Assembly: GCA_013239625.1 (NCBI GenBank)
Contig: MU053758.1
Location: 2,170,001-2,234,000 of the forward strand
Source of the DNA: Lama guanicoe
Taxonomy: Eukaryota
Direction: 5' to 3'
DNA: 64,000 nucleotides
The translations under genes and the position numbers were made by a program. Positions within the stretch are counted from its first letter, which is position 1. Each line of letters begins with the position of its first letter. A model generated the notes under the pieces. It was not told the DNA's origin. It worked only from the letters and a program-made list of their open reading frames with translations, and did not search any database. This document shows, piece after piece, positions 50,801 to 62,399 of the stretch.

Positions 50801-53800
50801 GGTGATTCAGCATGAGGAGTTGGAGCCTGAAAGAAGTGAGGGTGTCCACACATTGGGGTGACCTATCATATGGTGTCAGAACGTGGGCCATGTGAACAGA
50901 GAATCCACATTTAGGAGAAACCCAGCATGGGTTTTGGAACACAAGCAGAAGAGAAGAGTGTCCATGTAAGAGGAGGGGGCTAGTCTGGCATGAAGTGTGT
51001 GAATCCAGTGGGGTGAAGATGGAATCCTTGCGCAAGAGGGAGATTATAATTAGGCAGACTGATTGCAATTAGGATGACTGATTACAATTAGGAAGACTAA
51101 GTAAATAACGAAATGTATTAAGGATAATGATAGGTCTGTCACTGACACAGAAGGGAGTTACAAATCTGGAAAGGGAGGAAACTAGACTTATATGTGTTCG
51201 ACTGGAAAATACAAAATAAAATATTAAGGACTACTGATGGGACATTAGGTCTGCACTTGAATGGTTTAGGAAGAAAAGTTTTTTTCTACCATACTGCAAC
51301 TTTTCTGTAATTTAAGACTGGTTAAGAAATATTCTTCACTTTAATAATCTGCATCTAGGATTTTATACGAATGAAATCATAAAGGATGGTTTCAAAGACT
51401 CACAAGAAGAAAGATCGCTATAGCTGTGCTACAACAGCAGATAACTGGGGGAAACACGGAACAGATTTTGAAAACTATGGTAAGGTTAGGAACAAAACAA
51501 GAATGGTCAATAGCATCACCCGGATTCAACATTTATTTTGGGGGTTTCTGGCTAAAATGATGCAAAAGAAATTACTCTAAATATTGGAAGAACTGTTTTT
51601 TTTTTCTCAGGAGATACAAATATATAGACAATCTAAGAAATAACTAAAAATTCCTAGAATTAATATTAAAAATGTGGATAAAAGATGCAAAAAATTGATA
51701 GCTTTCCTTACAACTAGCAAAAACAGAAACAAATTTATTAAGAAACTACCGAAATTTACTAAGAAACTTGCTATTTCTTGAGAAACTATTAAGAAAAGGA
51801 AAAAAAAAACTATTAAGGACATGAATCAAGACAAGAATAATTAACAAAACACAATGTTCTTGGATAGCAAAACAAAAACAACCCAAAAAGTTAATCTTGT
51901 TAATTCACAGTCACCGAAGAAAAAAGGTCAAGTCATAAAGGGTCTACAGAGTTCTTAATTATACCCAGAACTCTGTTAGGCAGAGAGAAAAATTCAATAA
52001 TACAAGATATCTGCCCTCTAGAAGCTTATAGTCTTGTAGAAAGAAAAATGTAGACACAGGGCAGTTTATGGTTAACTAATACAATGTGTGACCTGAAAAC
52101 ATAAGTGCTGCTGAAAAAGTCTTCAATAAATTCTCAAATATGGGACATACTGACTACTCCCTTATTAAGAATCTCCTATCCTGGCTTCTCAGATACCACC
52201 TTGTATTTACCACTTATTATACTTCTTTTCAAATGAAGGCATTTCTCAAAGTTTAGTTCTTATTCTTTTGCTTCACTGTTTACTAGTGTAGTTCATGGAT
52301 CACCTGCACCAATATACCCAGTTTTTGACAGAAATACAAATTCCTGGGTCCTGGTCCAGACCTACAGATTCAGAAGGCATCTGCAGTTTTTTTTTTTTTA
52401 AAACACTCTCTCCAGGTGATTCTTACTAATATTATGAAGGTGATTAACTTATTGCTTTCAAAAACATTTGTAAAATACATGAATTTACAGAGATCACCAA
52501 TTCAGATATTTTTAAAGGAAACTGCAGAACAAGTAAACCTACATGTTTTTAACCCCCCCAGTCATAGACTGAAATATATCAGGCTAGAGAGATGACAAAG
52601 TTTCATCATTAATTTACAAATTCAAATTTCTAGGTCAAGATGAATCTTTTAGTTAATCCATATCCACTGACAAAAAATGAACGTCAAAGATAGCACCTGC
52701 ATGAGTTTGTGATCTAATACTCAAAAGAAGTCAAGGTCAAGAATTATTCTTCAGTCAGAACTCTTGTTAAATGATTCAAAATGGAGGATGGGAATCAGGT
52801 AGAAAGGCGAAGGTGGAGGAACCTAACTCCTTGTACAAATCTGACTTTTGAGACCACGTTTGCTTTATACAGTCAAAAATAAACAAAATCAGTTCTATTT
52901 CTGGTTATGGCTGAGTGAGTTTCCACTGGACTAACCTTCTAGACACAACTACAAACTCTGAACAAAATATAAAATCAACCATCTGAAGGCAATAGAGAGT
53001 GAACAAATGCAGGTAGCTACTAATAGGGAAAAGGGGACAACAAGACACTTTCCTTTTTTTTTTTAATGGCTTTTATCCTGAGGGTAGGTTATACTTGGGG
53101 GCCCTGAGAACGTGGATAGACTCTGTGAAGAAGAGCCAGAGAACACAGTTTGGAACAACCACTGGCAATGGCTATAGCTAGGGTAAAGATCTTAGCTTCT
53201 AAATACTATTCTCCACCTAAAAAAAAATCCCAGAGCTCCTGCAGAAATGGATGATTCCAGGACTGTGTCAGGAAAAGTACAAGAAGGTTCTAAAATATCT
53301 CACTACGTCAAAAACAAGGGTGTATTCAAAGAACGATGGGCACATATTCCAAGAACACAGAGTGTAACTGTAAGGGGCTCCCATTGGCTAAATCTGGAAT
53401 ATTTTGAGCATTAAAACAAGGATAACCCAAATGGGATTACAACACACTAAATAAAACAGGAATTTATGAGCCTATGTTGATGTTAATATATAAAGAAACA
53501 AATGAGATAGAAGGAAAAACTCTTCTTTAGGGAATTCCAACTAATAAAATGTAGACGTAATGATGGAATTAGAAAATCACCATTTGGCAACCACGACAGT
53601 AATAGCTGTTTCAGGCAAGAATTAAACTACTGAGTCAAAGTTTGATGAGAAACAAGATATTTACATTATCAAAGTATTTCATCACAGGACATTCACTAAT
53701 TATAAAGGGGAAAATGTTAACATTACAGTAGAGAAATCTGGCAGATACTACTCTAACCAAATGATCAAAGTTAACATCCACAGGAATGGGACAAACAGAC

Positions 53801-56800
53801 ATCTTATGCCTATGACACAATACAGTGAGAAGGATACTACATTGTTCCTGTGGTGTTCCTACAAAACTGCATCAACTGAATTTAATCATGAGGGACATTC
53901 TATAAAATAAATGGTCTATAATCTTCAAAACTGTCAAAGTTCTAAAAGACAAAGAAAGACTGAGGGAGTATTCAAAATTAAAGTCATCTGAAGAGAAGGG
54001 ACAAATAATTGCAACCTGTGATCCAGGATGCAGCCTGAATCAGGAAGCAAATCTTTTTTCTCCTTATTTGTAAAGAACATGAATGGGACAATTAGTAAAA
54101 TAGGGATAAGGTCTATAGACTAGATAATATTATTATGTCAATGTCCATTTCCTCATTTTGATTACTGTATTGTGGTTATGTAAGAGAATGTCTTTCTTTT
54201 CAGAAAACACACACTGAAGTCTTGAGGGGTAAAAAGTGTCATCTGTAACTTACCTCAAATGATTCAAAAAAAAAAAAATAGAGACAGTGATAATGCAAGT
54301 GAGGTAACATCTGGGGAATCCAAGTAAAAGGTTTATGGAAATTCTTTGAACTATTTCTGTATCTTTTCAGTAAATCTGAAATTATTTAAAAACAGTAAGT
54401 TAGAAAAAAAGAAGTAAAAACTACATTAAAATCTCAAAGGAGTGAGAAGTAAAAAAAAAAAAACAAAACAAAAACACACACAATAGCCACTGGCTTATTA
54501 TCAGCCACATACATTTACTTGGGTCATCCTGCATTCTGCAAACTAATTCTTACATCCAAGCCTTGACTCATAATATAATTAATATGGAGAAACACATAAA
54601 CCTCAGGAAACAAAGTGATTTTTAAAAACAAATTTTACACTGTTTTCACAAATTTTCACCTGATTTCTTAAGATTATTTTCTAAATATTGTTTTCTTCTA
54701 TGATAGTCCTAGAGGACCCACATTCTCCTGTCTCCAAGATAGCCCTGATTTAGACAGAGATATGATTTTAAGACTATTAAACTAACTTCACAGTATCAAG
54801 CTGAGCCTCATGGTACTTAATGACAGGAAGACAAAAAAGACTTGAAAAAACAGACAGTATTTTCACATAGCCAGGTGGTTCTTAACTTCAAAACACAAAC
54901 TCTATTATCCCACATATATACATAACCTACACATAAGCATTGTGCCTAATATATATTTTATTAATAGTCCATCACTACCATGGTATCAAGGCAGCACAGG
55001 AGTTGCTGCTAAGAGTAATAGGGGCCAAACAAGGGCTGAAGTCTCTCCCTGACAGAACTAAAACATCCAATTTATTCTTCAGAGTATTCTGCTGTTGTTT
55101 CTCTAGGCAATGGAATGTTAAGCTTGGCAATATTAAAATCTCAATATAAAGAAACAAGCAAATCAGGGAGGAGATGAAATTTTAGAGACAAGCGGCATCC
55201 AATTATCCAATTTACTAATGGACTAATGCTAAGTTTGTAAATTCTCCAATATAGACAATATCATAAATGACAGCTAGCTCGTCAGGCAAGCCTTAAGGGG
55301 AAAAAATACTAATACCATGTATTATGCAAAAGAGCTTAAGCCTCAAATCTTGTAGTATACCTGAATCAGAAGATCCTTTGCTTCTCTCCACAAAGGGGAA
55401 ACAATAATCTATCTCAAATCTGAAAGGTCCTTCTCCCTCACTCCCCTTCTCTGTCTAGTTAATCGCTACTTACCCCTTTAAGACTCAGTTCATGTATCTC
55501 ACTTCTTTGGAAGCACCTTCCGAACTCTCCAAGATTGGTTGTAAAGTCCTACATGTGAACTTACTGTACTGCTCTAGGCAAACCTCGATATAGCTTTATA
55601 TTGATTATTTTCATGTTGATCTTTTCTACTACTCAGCAAGCTTCTTGAGGACAGTGATTCTTGTTTATTTCTATACCCAACATAATGTCTGGTACATTGC
55701 AGGCACTTGGTGAATGTTTGCTCCTATAGTAAAGCTTAAGGAAATTCCAACTATAACATTCTGGAAAAAGCAGAACTACGGAGATCAAAAGATAAGTGAT
55801 TGCCAGCGGTGAGAGGGAGAGATGAATGGGCATAGATTAGAGGATTTTCAGGGCAATGAAAATACTCTGCATGATATTGTAAAGATGGATATATACCAAA
55901 AAGGTTTAAAGGAATATAATTTAATTATTTCTTGACATCTCATGGCTTTCAGAAAGAACATCGATTGTCATCCTATGCAGTGAAACCCTCACAGGTGACT
56001 AAGTGACTAAAAGTTGTCTCTTCATTTGAATAAACAGCCCTGTGCTGTCATGGTTTTGAATGTTTCTATTTTTTCTTAATTGAAGAAATACTGATTTATA
56101 AAACTGTTTAAGTTTCATGTGTACAGATTCATACTTCTACTTCTGTATATCCCACAACAGTCTCACACCAAAGACTTATTTTCCACCTATTACCATACAG
56201 TTGATTCCCTTTACACCTCTTGTCCTCCCCACCACCCCCTTCTCCTCAGGTAATCACTGCTCTGGTCTCTGATTCTACATGTTTGTTTTTGTTCGGTTTG
56301 TTCATTTTTTAAAATTAATTCTTACAATTCTCCCTTACTGTCAGATAGCTGCTTCTTAAAATTCAGTGGACCCTCTATCAGCATTACTCTTATGATCCCA
56401 TTTTTATCTACTGCTATTCATATTCAAATCTGTATGAACTGTGTCTAAAGAAAAAATAAAGAGTAAACAGAGCCTGAGAAAAGGCGAGCATATAACCTCT
56501 GAGTAAAATGCACATTTGATCTTTCAGCTTTGCATCCTGTTTCTCTGATTTGTTCTGCATAACTGAGAAGGCTAGAAAATAAATGCTCGATAAGAGATTG
56601 CTTATTGGTTTTCTGTTTTTTGATTTAAGAACATCTGCCAATTTGCACCCTTAAGTTGAGAGGTGGTCACTTTTGGTAGTCTTAGAATGTAATCACATCA
56701 TTTTATAGTCTATGGGTGAAAAACAGAACCAATAGTAATATACATAGCATTTTTACAGCACTTTCTATGTCCCAGGCACTCTTCTAATAATCACTTTATA

Positions 56801-59040
56801 TTTATCAAAGCTTTTGATTCTTGGGCTAACCCTAAGGGGTAGGTACTGAAATCCTCAATTTATAGCTAGTAAATGACAGAATTCAGGTGTTCAGATCCCA
56901 GAGTCCATTTTCTTAACATTATGCCTTTAAGGAAAACACACACACACACACCTATCCACCCTGAATTCCGAGCAATTGAACTGAATTAAAAGCTACGACA
57001 AATCATCAATGTTGTAAGCTTTTTGGAATAGGATATAAGATAGCATGTATGCAGAAAAAAGTTAACATAGCAGACCTATCCTTAGAAAGGCCTGCTTGCA
57101 ATGCTGACCCTTGGATGGCAACATTTTACTTTTGTTGTCATAACTTACTGCTGGAGGAATGAAATACATCCCGAGTGACTAACTTCCCTGGGAAAGGACT
57201 CTTAGAAGCTCATGTCTGGTTTCCTCTCTATTTCACTCCATGCACTTTTTCCCTTTGCTAATTTTGTTTTGTATCCTTTCCCTGTAATAAATTATCTCCA
57301 CAAGTATAACTATATGCTGAATCTTGAGTCCTCCGAGTAAATCACCAAACCTCAGAGAAGTCTTGGGGGCTCCCAACATAGTGTGATTACCTATTCGAGA
57401 CAAAAAGTCCCAGTCAATTTATTCTTTCCATCTAAGTTGAGAAAGTTCATCTTCTACCAGCTCACACAGACATGTTACATGACAATTATGACCTAACACC
57501 CCAACAGTTGAAAAAAGTTTCAGATCCTTGTAAGTAATAATAATCCTCATTTTGAAACTGTACTTTGTTTTATAGCTAAAAGGGCATGTGTGGGCTCAAG
57601 CAGTCTTATATTTTTATAGTAATCAATATCATCCTCAGAAGGAATCTTTGAGAAACAAGTAAATTTACAGTAGCTCTTGGAAAACATACAAGAGTCTTTG
57701 TCTTATAAACACTGACATTCATCTTTCCAGAGGTACTCCTAAATAAATGCATATGGTTCTGCTCTGAAAGGAAGTACTGTCAATCCTGCTAACTGAATTT
57801 CACATTATGCAAACAGTGGATTCTAGCTTGCTAGAGCATTGATAATAAACTTTATTTCAAAAGGGAAGGAGGAAATTAATAAGTAAGCTAAAGTAAGTTA
57901 AAGTTAAGAGGAAACAAGAACACTTCCTTAATTCATTGGTAACTTGGCTGTGGCTTTGCATTTATAAGGAAATAGTATGGTCCTAACACAATTTTTCTCC
58001 TTGTAGAAATGTATGTTGGATCAAATGATACAATATTTAACTTAAAATCTAACCAAACCAAATGTTGTATGCTATTTATTATTAAACTGCATTTTAAAAA
58101 ACAGATAATACACAGACATGGGAAGAAATTCCAAACACACAAACTCAGAAGACACAGAAAGGCTGAACAACAAAATAAGTAATGACAGTAACAATTTAAC
58201 TCACAGAATTAAGACAAATATTCATGAGTTTATACTGCTATCAATAATTGAATAAATAAGTAAATGTAACAGAAGGGAAAGCTCTCCCTTACAACAGAAT
58301 TTCAAGTAATAGATGCAGAAGAATTATTGAAATACATAATCTTGGCACATATGGTAATTCTTTCAGGTAACATTAAGGGATGCTAACATTAATGGACAAA
58401 AATCAGTTAACACACAGCCTCAACACATTTCCCTACAAGATATTTAACAATTATAAAGAGACATAAGGATGGTAAAATCATAAGTGTAACATAGGGAAGT
58501 TTCAAATACTTTGTCTTTTTATCTTTAAAAGGCTGTAACACTTCTATACAGCACCTCAGTACGTGCAGTATTTTATTGCAAATATAAGTCACTTCATAAG
58601 ACACATTTTTGATACTGGGAAGTGGGAGGAAGGGATAGATTAGAATCATTCTTCAAAAATAAATCAGTACTATAATAAAATAAAATTAAAATTAAATAAA
58701 CTACCTCTTTTACATTATGTATAAGAATAGGGCAAAAGGAAAACTAGTAAACAAAATATATAGGTACAAATTGGGTGGGAGAAAATTGTTACTAAATTAA
58801 ACGTTCAAATATCTTAATTCATACCTAGAAAATACAGAATAAGATCATTTAACAATAGAATCAATAAATTAAAAAATTCAGATAATCTAGATCCTATACC
58901 TATATAGAAACAAGTCAAAAGATTTTTAAACAGGCAAATGTGATATACACACACAAAAAAACATAAAAGCAGACTTACCGTAATAGGAGTTCTTTGGGAA
59001 GTTTTTTATTGATCACAGCTTCATCGCTATTTGAGAACAT
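14663..59040 (-). CDS. FBXL20: F-box/LRR-repeat protein 20 (SCRAPPER), coding exons 2-15 (1269 nt = 422 aa + TGA); exon 1 is beyond the window
   Basis: 14 in-frame exons translate [27 protein letters not shown]...[14 protein letters not shown], matching FBXL20 as recalled (F-box, Cys-containing LRRs, CaaX), not FBXL2. Confidence 0.97.
16252..16464 (-). CDS. FBXL20: FBXL20 exon 14 (213 nt) [19 protein letters not shown]...[11 protein letters not shown]
   Basis: Acceptor ggctgcag, donor gtaaag; lies inside ORF 16135..16641. Confidence 0.96.
17375..17431 (-). CDS. FBXL20: FBXL20 exon 13 (57 nt) [19 protein letters not shown]
   Basis: Acceptor ttctttcag, donor gtgagt. Confidence 0.95.
17815..17948 (-). 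mobile_element. tRNA-derived SINE (Vic-1-like)
   Basis: actggggattgaacc...tgagctatacc.tcccc with a T-rich tail. Confidence 0.8.
18977..19021 (-). CDS. FBXL20: FBXL20 exon 12 (45 nt) [15 protein letters not shown]
   Basis: Acceptor tttcatag, donor gtaaga. Confidence 0.95.
19880..19940 (-). CDS. FBXL20: FBXL20 exon 11 (61 nt) [20 protein letters not shown]
   Basis: Acceptor ttttaacag, donor gtaagt. Confidence 0.95.
21060..21230 (+). mobile_element. MIR SINE fragment
   Basis: MIR core: cacttactaactgtgagaccttgaacaggttacttgacctttctgtgcttcggttttctcatctataa. Confidence 0.75.
21943..22073 (-). CDS. FBXL20: FBXL20 exon 10 (131 nt) [43 protein letters not shown](R)
   Basis: Acceptor ttttttag, donor gtaaac. 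Confidence 0.95.
24462..24536 (-). CDS. FBXL20: FBXL20 exon 9 (75 nt) [25 protein letters not shown]
   Basis: Acceptor ctttctag, donor gtaagc. Confidence 0.95.
25793..25919 (-). CDS. FBXL20: FBXL20 exon 8 (127 nt) [42 protein letters not shown]
   Basis: Acceptor ttttatcctaag, donor gtaata. Confidence 0.95.
27493..27588 (-). CDS. FBXL20: FBXL20 exon 7 (96 nt) [31 protein letters not shown](S)
   Basis: Acceptor tttttcag, donor gtaaat. Confidence 0.95.
29004..29587. mobile_element. MLT1-family (MaLR) solo LTR inserted in L1
   Basis: TG...CA termini; tgtgtaacaaattacctcaaaa...cagctt...ttattatctca and ggaggctacctatcaca ends; the L1 sequence resumes in register either side. Confidence 0.75.
29621..29937. 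mobile_element. MER58-like hAT-Charlie DNA transposon
   Basis: aataaagttttactgg..cacagccac..., aaagcctaaaatattt...agaaaaagtttgctga; 8-bp direct repeat CTTTATTC at 29613-29620 and 29938-29945. Confidence 0.75.
29979..30781 (-). mobile_element. 5'-truncated younger L1 (3' UTR plus ORF2 end)
   Basis: ttttaaattgaagtatagttga... 3' end; flanking GAACTGAYTTT at 29968-29978 and 30782-30792. Confidence 0.75.
30009..30113 (-). mobile_element. tRNA-derived SINE (Vic-1-like) with 14-bp TSD
   Basis: TSD TGAAGTATAGTTGA at 29995-30008 and 30114-30127. Confidence 0.88.
32498..32590. repeat. Compound (TA)n/(CA)n/(TG)n microsatellite
   Basis: Seen directly. Confidence 0.9.
32788..32816. repeat. (CA)n microsatellite
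   Basis: Seen directly. Confidence 0.9.
34806..34903 (+). mobile_element. tRNA-derived SINE (Vic-1-like) with 15-bp TSD
   Basis: TSD TAAAATGTTCAATAG at 34791-34805 and 34904-34918; A and B boxes intact. Confidence 0.9.
38122..38190 (-). CDS. FBXL20: FBXL20 exon 6 (69 nt) [22 protein letters not shown](A)
   Basis: Acceptor ttcctgtaag, donor gtaagt. Confidence 0.95.
38592..38686 (-). CDS. FBXL20: FBXL20 exon 5 (95 nt) [31 protein letters not shown](R)
   Basis: Acceptor ttttaacag, donor gtaaaa. Confidence 0.95.
39967..40041 (-). CDS. FBXL20: FBXL20 exon 4 (75 nt) [25 protein letters not shown]
   Basis: Acceptor aaatag, donor gtataa. Confidence 0.95.
41311..41448 (-). mobile_element. tRNA-derived SINE (Vic-1-like)
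   Basis: gtactggggattgaacccagga...gctaagcatg...tgagctata. Confidence 0.85.
41911..41948. repeat. Imperfect (TG)n microsatellite
   Basis: Seen directly. Confidence 0.85.
42792..42846 (-). CDS. FBXL20: FBXL20 exon 3 (55 nt) [18 protein letters not shown]
   Basis: Acceptor cttttttag-type, donor gtaagg. Confidence 0.95.
43625..44060 (-). mobile_element. L1MB-type 3' end
   Basis: accatttttaagtgtgtagttcaatggcattaagtacattcaca...ggcaaccaccactctactttct...ggttcatccatgttgta. Confidence 0.8.
46643..46957 (-). mobile_element. 5'-truncated L1 3' end with perfect 15-bp TSD
   Basis: TSD TGAATTTAGGGTTCT at 46628-46642 and 46958-46972; T-rich tail. Confidence 0.85.
47724..47852 (-). mobile_element. tRNA-derived SINE (Vic-1-like)
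   Basis: SINE body; near-perfect flanks tactattacttt / tactactacttt. Confidence 0.85.
48390..48790 (+). mobile_element. Old MLT1-like LTR fragment
   Basis: gtgattggttcagg...agccaa and the terminal ...acttgcagctgaaagca motif; boundaries approximate. Confidence 0.5.
50200..50680 (-). mobile_element. L1M(B/C)-type 3' end
   Basis: ORF2 C-terminus [25 protein letters not shown] plus 3' UTR motifs. Confidence 0.8.
52290..52430. mobile_element. MER5A-like hAT fragment
   Basis: agaaatacaaattcctgggtcc...ccagacctac...tcagaa...tccaggtgattct. Confidence 0.6.
52900..54400 (+). mobile_element. L1MC/MD-type fragments (3' region)
   Basis: acagtagagaaatctggcaga...taaccaaatgatcaaagttaacatc; gtattgtggttatgtaagagaatgtc; boundaries approximate. 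Confidence 0.65.
56070..56310 (-). mobile_element. L1 3' end fragment
   Basis: ttaattgaagaaatactgatttata...cccttctcctcaggtaatcactg... Confidence 0.65.
57060..57380 (+). mobile_element. ERV LTR fragment (MER21/MER68/MER77-like, family uncertain)
   Basis: ttccctttgct.attttg..ttgtatccttt..ctgtaataaa...tataactatatgctga...gtcttggggg.tcccaaca LTR 3' end. Confidence 0.55.
58979..59040 (-). CDS. FBXL20: FBXL20 exon 2 (62 nt) [20 protein letters not shown](R)
   Basis: Acceptor ttctgcag, donor gtaagt; start of the F-box. Confidence 0.95.
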
Positions 59041-59206
59041 CTGCAGAAACAAAATGATCATGTCAAGTGTTACTTAACATTTTACTATGTTCAACTCAAC
59101 AGTTTAGAGCTGATCTTAGGAGAAAGGTGAATAAGTACAGTGGGTGTTACAAGCCAAAGTATATTTTCAGAGACTCTTTAGGCTGAAAAATATCTTTGAG
59201 ACATTT

Positions 59207-59352
59207 ATTTATTTATTTATTTATTTTTGTTGCAGTGGGGGCGGCAATTAGGTTTATTTATTTATTTATTTTTAGAGGAGGTACTGGGGATTGAATACAG
59301 GACATCATGCATTCTAAGCAGGCGCTCTACCACTTGAGCTATACCTTTCTCC
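59207..59352 (-). mobile_element. tRNA-derived SINE (Vic-1-like)
   Basis: TSD GAGACATTT at 59198-59206 and 59353-59361. Confidence 0.88.
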
Positions 59353-59931
59353 GAGACATTTGTTCCTTGTCTTCAGAGAAAAATGACTAGCAGTCAGAAG
59401 GTTGATATTATGTGCCGGGTATTGTTTTAAGTGCCTTTTTATGTATTAATGTAATGAATCTTCATACTACCTCTAATCTTCACTTTACATGTAAGGAAAC
59501 TGCAGTTACAAAAGGTTTACTAGCTTAAAAATCGTATCACCACAGAGTGACCATTTAAAAATGCCATTAAGGTAAGGTCATTCTCCAAATCTAACTCACA
59601 TTAACTTTTTCATGGAGGTGTTCACAAACCTGGGATAGGGAACATTCTCTTCCAAGTTTTTACAAATCATACAGAAAACTAGTAATGCTTTATAACCACC
59701 ACCATATACATTCTGGATATACACAGTGATCATTTAACAAATTAATCAAATAACTCACAATGGATACATTTAAACAGAGCCACCAGTTTTTCCACAAAGG
59801 AGAGCAATCAGTGAATACTAATTTTGGACTGGTAGCAAGGAATATATTAAAATTATAGTTTAAGTAAAAGATGATGTAGGTCTCTAAGATTACAGGGGCA
59901 GTGGAAGTTAAAAAAAAAAAAACCTGGAGGT

Positions 59932-60090
59932 GGTAGGGTAAATCTCATTGGTAGAGTGCATGCCGAGCATGCACGAGGTCCTGGGTTCAATCCCCAGTAC
60001 TGCCATTAAAAATAAGTAAGTAGATAAATAAGAAAATAAACAAATACCTGATTATCTATCCTCACCACCACCAAAAAAAAAAAAAAAGAT
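59932..60090 (+). mobile_element. tRNA-derived SINE (Vic-1-like)
   Basis: ggtagagtgcatgc.gagcatgcacgaggtcctgggttcaatccccagtac plus bipartite A-rich tail. Confidence 0.85.
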
Positions 60091-61079
60091 AAAAAAGGAT
60101 TTTTCAAGAAGCTACAGAACTTTGTGATGGAAAGTTGGTTCAGTGCAGCAAACACACTATATTATAATAAAAGTAATGCTATTGCCTGACATGTACATGT
60201 TTTACAAAATAATCTGACACCAAAGAATAATCTGCTTCCCTAAAATATCTACTTATTAATGGAAGATTTTTTTTAAATCATATCCCACTTCTACAAGACG
60301 ACTTTCAAAATGAAGCCATCACATTTCCTCCTAAACAAGTTCTTCTCAAATTGCATGATTTCTAAGACTGTACCACTAAGATAATTTTTCTCTGGGTATA
60401 TTTAAAGGAAAGAATATATGAAGAAGGGGTTATAAAGTATACCTTGAATAATCTAGGGTTGATGACAAAGGAACAATGTGTTGCAAAGATAGCTAAGGTA
60501 TCCAAAGTTGAGACCTGGGGAACTTTTTGAGTTAGCACAAAATATGTATCTTGAGCTTGAGATCTCTGGGAAAAATGAAGTTTGTAAGTATACAACAGTA
60601 TCACTGAACACTCAATCTACTAGACTATGCCCAGCTCAAATCTACAAATGTAAAACATAATCACTTTGCTAAGCTCTTTATCTTGTATATTCAAAGTATT
60701 TGATTAAATGCTACATATCTTATCTAATAAGGTACTTTGCTCACTTGAATACAAACACTACTTAAATTGATAAAAATATAAATCACTATGTGTTGTTCAC
60801 ATAACTTCTACAACCCTAGATATCAAAAGGAATAGAAATCACATCTAGCAGCTAATGTCTTCCCTTGCGTCAGTCAATATAGATTAAATGCTGTTATCTT
60901 TGTGGGAACATGAATGTACACTGGCAGGGGATTGGGGGAAGGAACAGTGTCCTGGGAGTATCTGGGAAACACCAAGTGTATAGGACATTTGTCCAGATTT
61001 GTATTTCCCTCCCTTTCTTTCTGCACATATGTATCCTAACTCCCAAGTTTGCAAGAAAAAATAAGATCAAACGCTCACA

Positions 61080-61265
61080 AACTGCGGTCACCTGACTAGC
61101 AGCATCAGCATCAACCTGGACCTTGTTAGAAATGCACATTCCTGTGCTCTATTCCAGATCTATAGAATCAGAACCAGGGTGTGAGGGGTGGTGGAAGTAG
61201 AGGGGCAATTTGTAGTTTAACAAGCCCTCCAGGTGATACTAATGCTAATGATACTAATGAGACCC
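61080..61265. mobile_element. MER5A-like hAT DNA transposon
   Basis: agcagcatcagcatca.cctgg..cttgttagaaatgca...agaatcagaa...ttaacaagccctccaggtgat. Confidence 0.75.
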
Positions 61266-62399
61266 AAAGGACCAGATCAAATATATTGAGGATCTCAAGG
61301 CTTATATTAACAGTTCTAATACATAATCAGAAAATTTTATTATTTGAAGTGACACAGCACTGGAGCTTAGAAAATACTCTTAGAGGTAGATACCAAATAA
61401 TTTTAGACATTTTCTAGGAAACCCAATAGGCTTCTGTTCTAGTTCATGGCATTGTTTATAAAATAAATGTTTCACAGACGCAATAGTATGTTTTAGATAT
61501 TTTACTATTTCAGCTATATTGAAACTCTAGATTTTTCATGCAAAATATAAAAGGGTCAAAACCAATTAGATCAAGGCTATAATGAATTACAACAAATTTG
61601 TGATGGTTTTAGATATAACAGTTGTAGAGGAAGTGACTGTTCAAACATTTGACATTCTTAGGTTACCAGGTTTCCTATTAACCTGGGGATATATCAGCAT
61701 GCAATTTAATATTATCTATCCACAAACAATTATAAGGACATGGTCGGGGTGGGGGGGACCAAGAGAGCAACTAGATCGTTCTCTCTCGATTACTTGTTTC
61801 AAGGTAGGACATCATCCCCTAAACAAACAGATATTGCAACAGCCCTGTCTTCTAGGGATGGGCTACTCTTAAACAGGTTTTTAAAATCTAACAGATTTGG
61901 TTTTTCATACATTAGCATTTGTTCCTTTGTATAAAACTGTAATTGTTTTTCTATAAATGACATAGCTGAGAAATCTAACTTTGAAACCACCTGTTGCAAA
62001 TTGTAATTACATCATCTAAGAGAATATCTGAATAGTAACCTTTCCCCTCCTTTTTTTTTGCTATTATTTTTGACTTTCTAATCAGGTTTTAAATCTTTGG
62101 CCCATACTGGGCATTAGTTTAATAACATAATGAATTTAAATGCTTAGAACACACACAAAAAAAGACACAGGAAACAGGCTTCAAATTCAGTATCTGGGTG
62201 GGAAATGGCAGATGAGGTGAACAAAGGCAATAGGAAAGAAATACTTAACAGTGACCCCTGCTGATTAAATTAAAGTATAGCTACCAACTCCAAAAAAGGA
62301 AATTAAAGGCTCTAAAATCAATATTAGTCAAGCCTCATAGAAGAAATACAAAATCTAATGCATATTTTGGTAGAGAATACTAGTTATCCCAATATTCAT

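Noticed and set aside
50517..51068. 183-aa ORF, the longest in the track
   Set aside because: Chance read-through into an L1 ORF2 C-terminal remnant; non-ATG start.
14663..59040. Calling the minus-strand gene FBXL2 because a CP2 gene is adjacent
   Set aside because: Diagnostic residues ([27 protein letters not shown]) match FBXL20.
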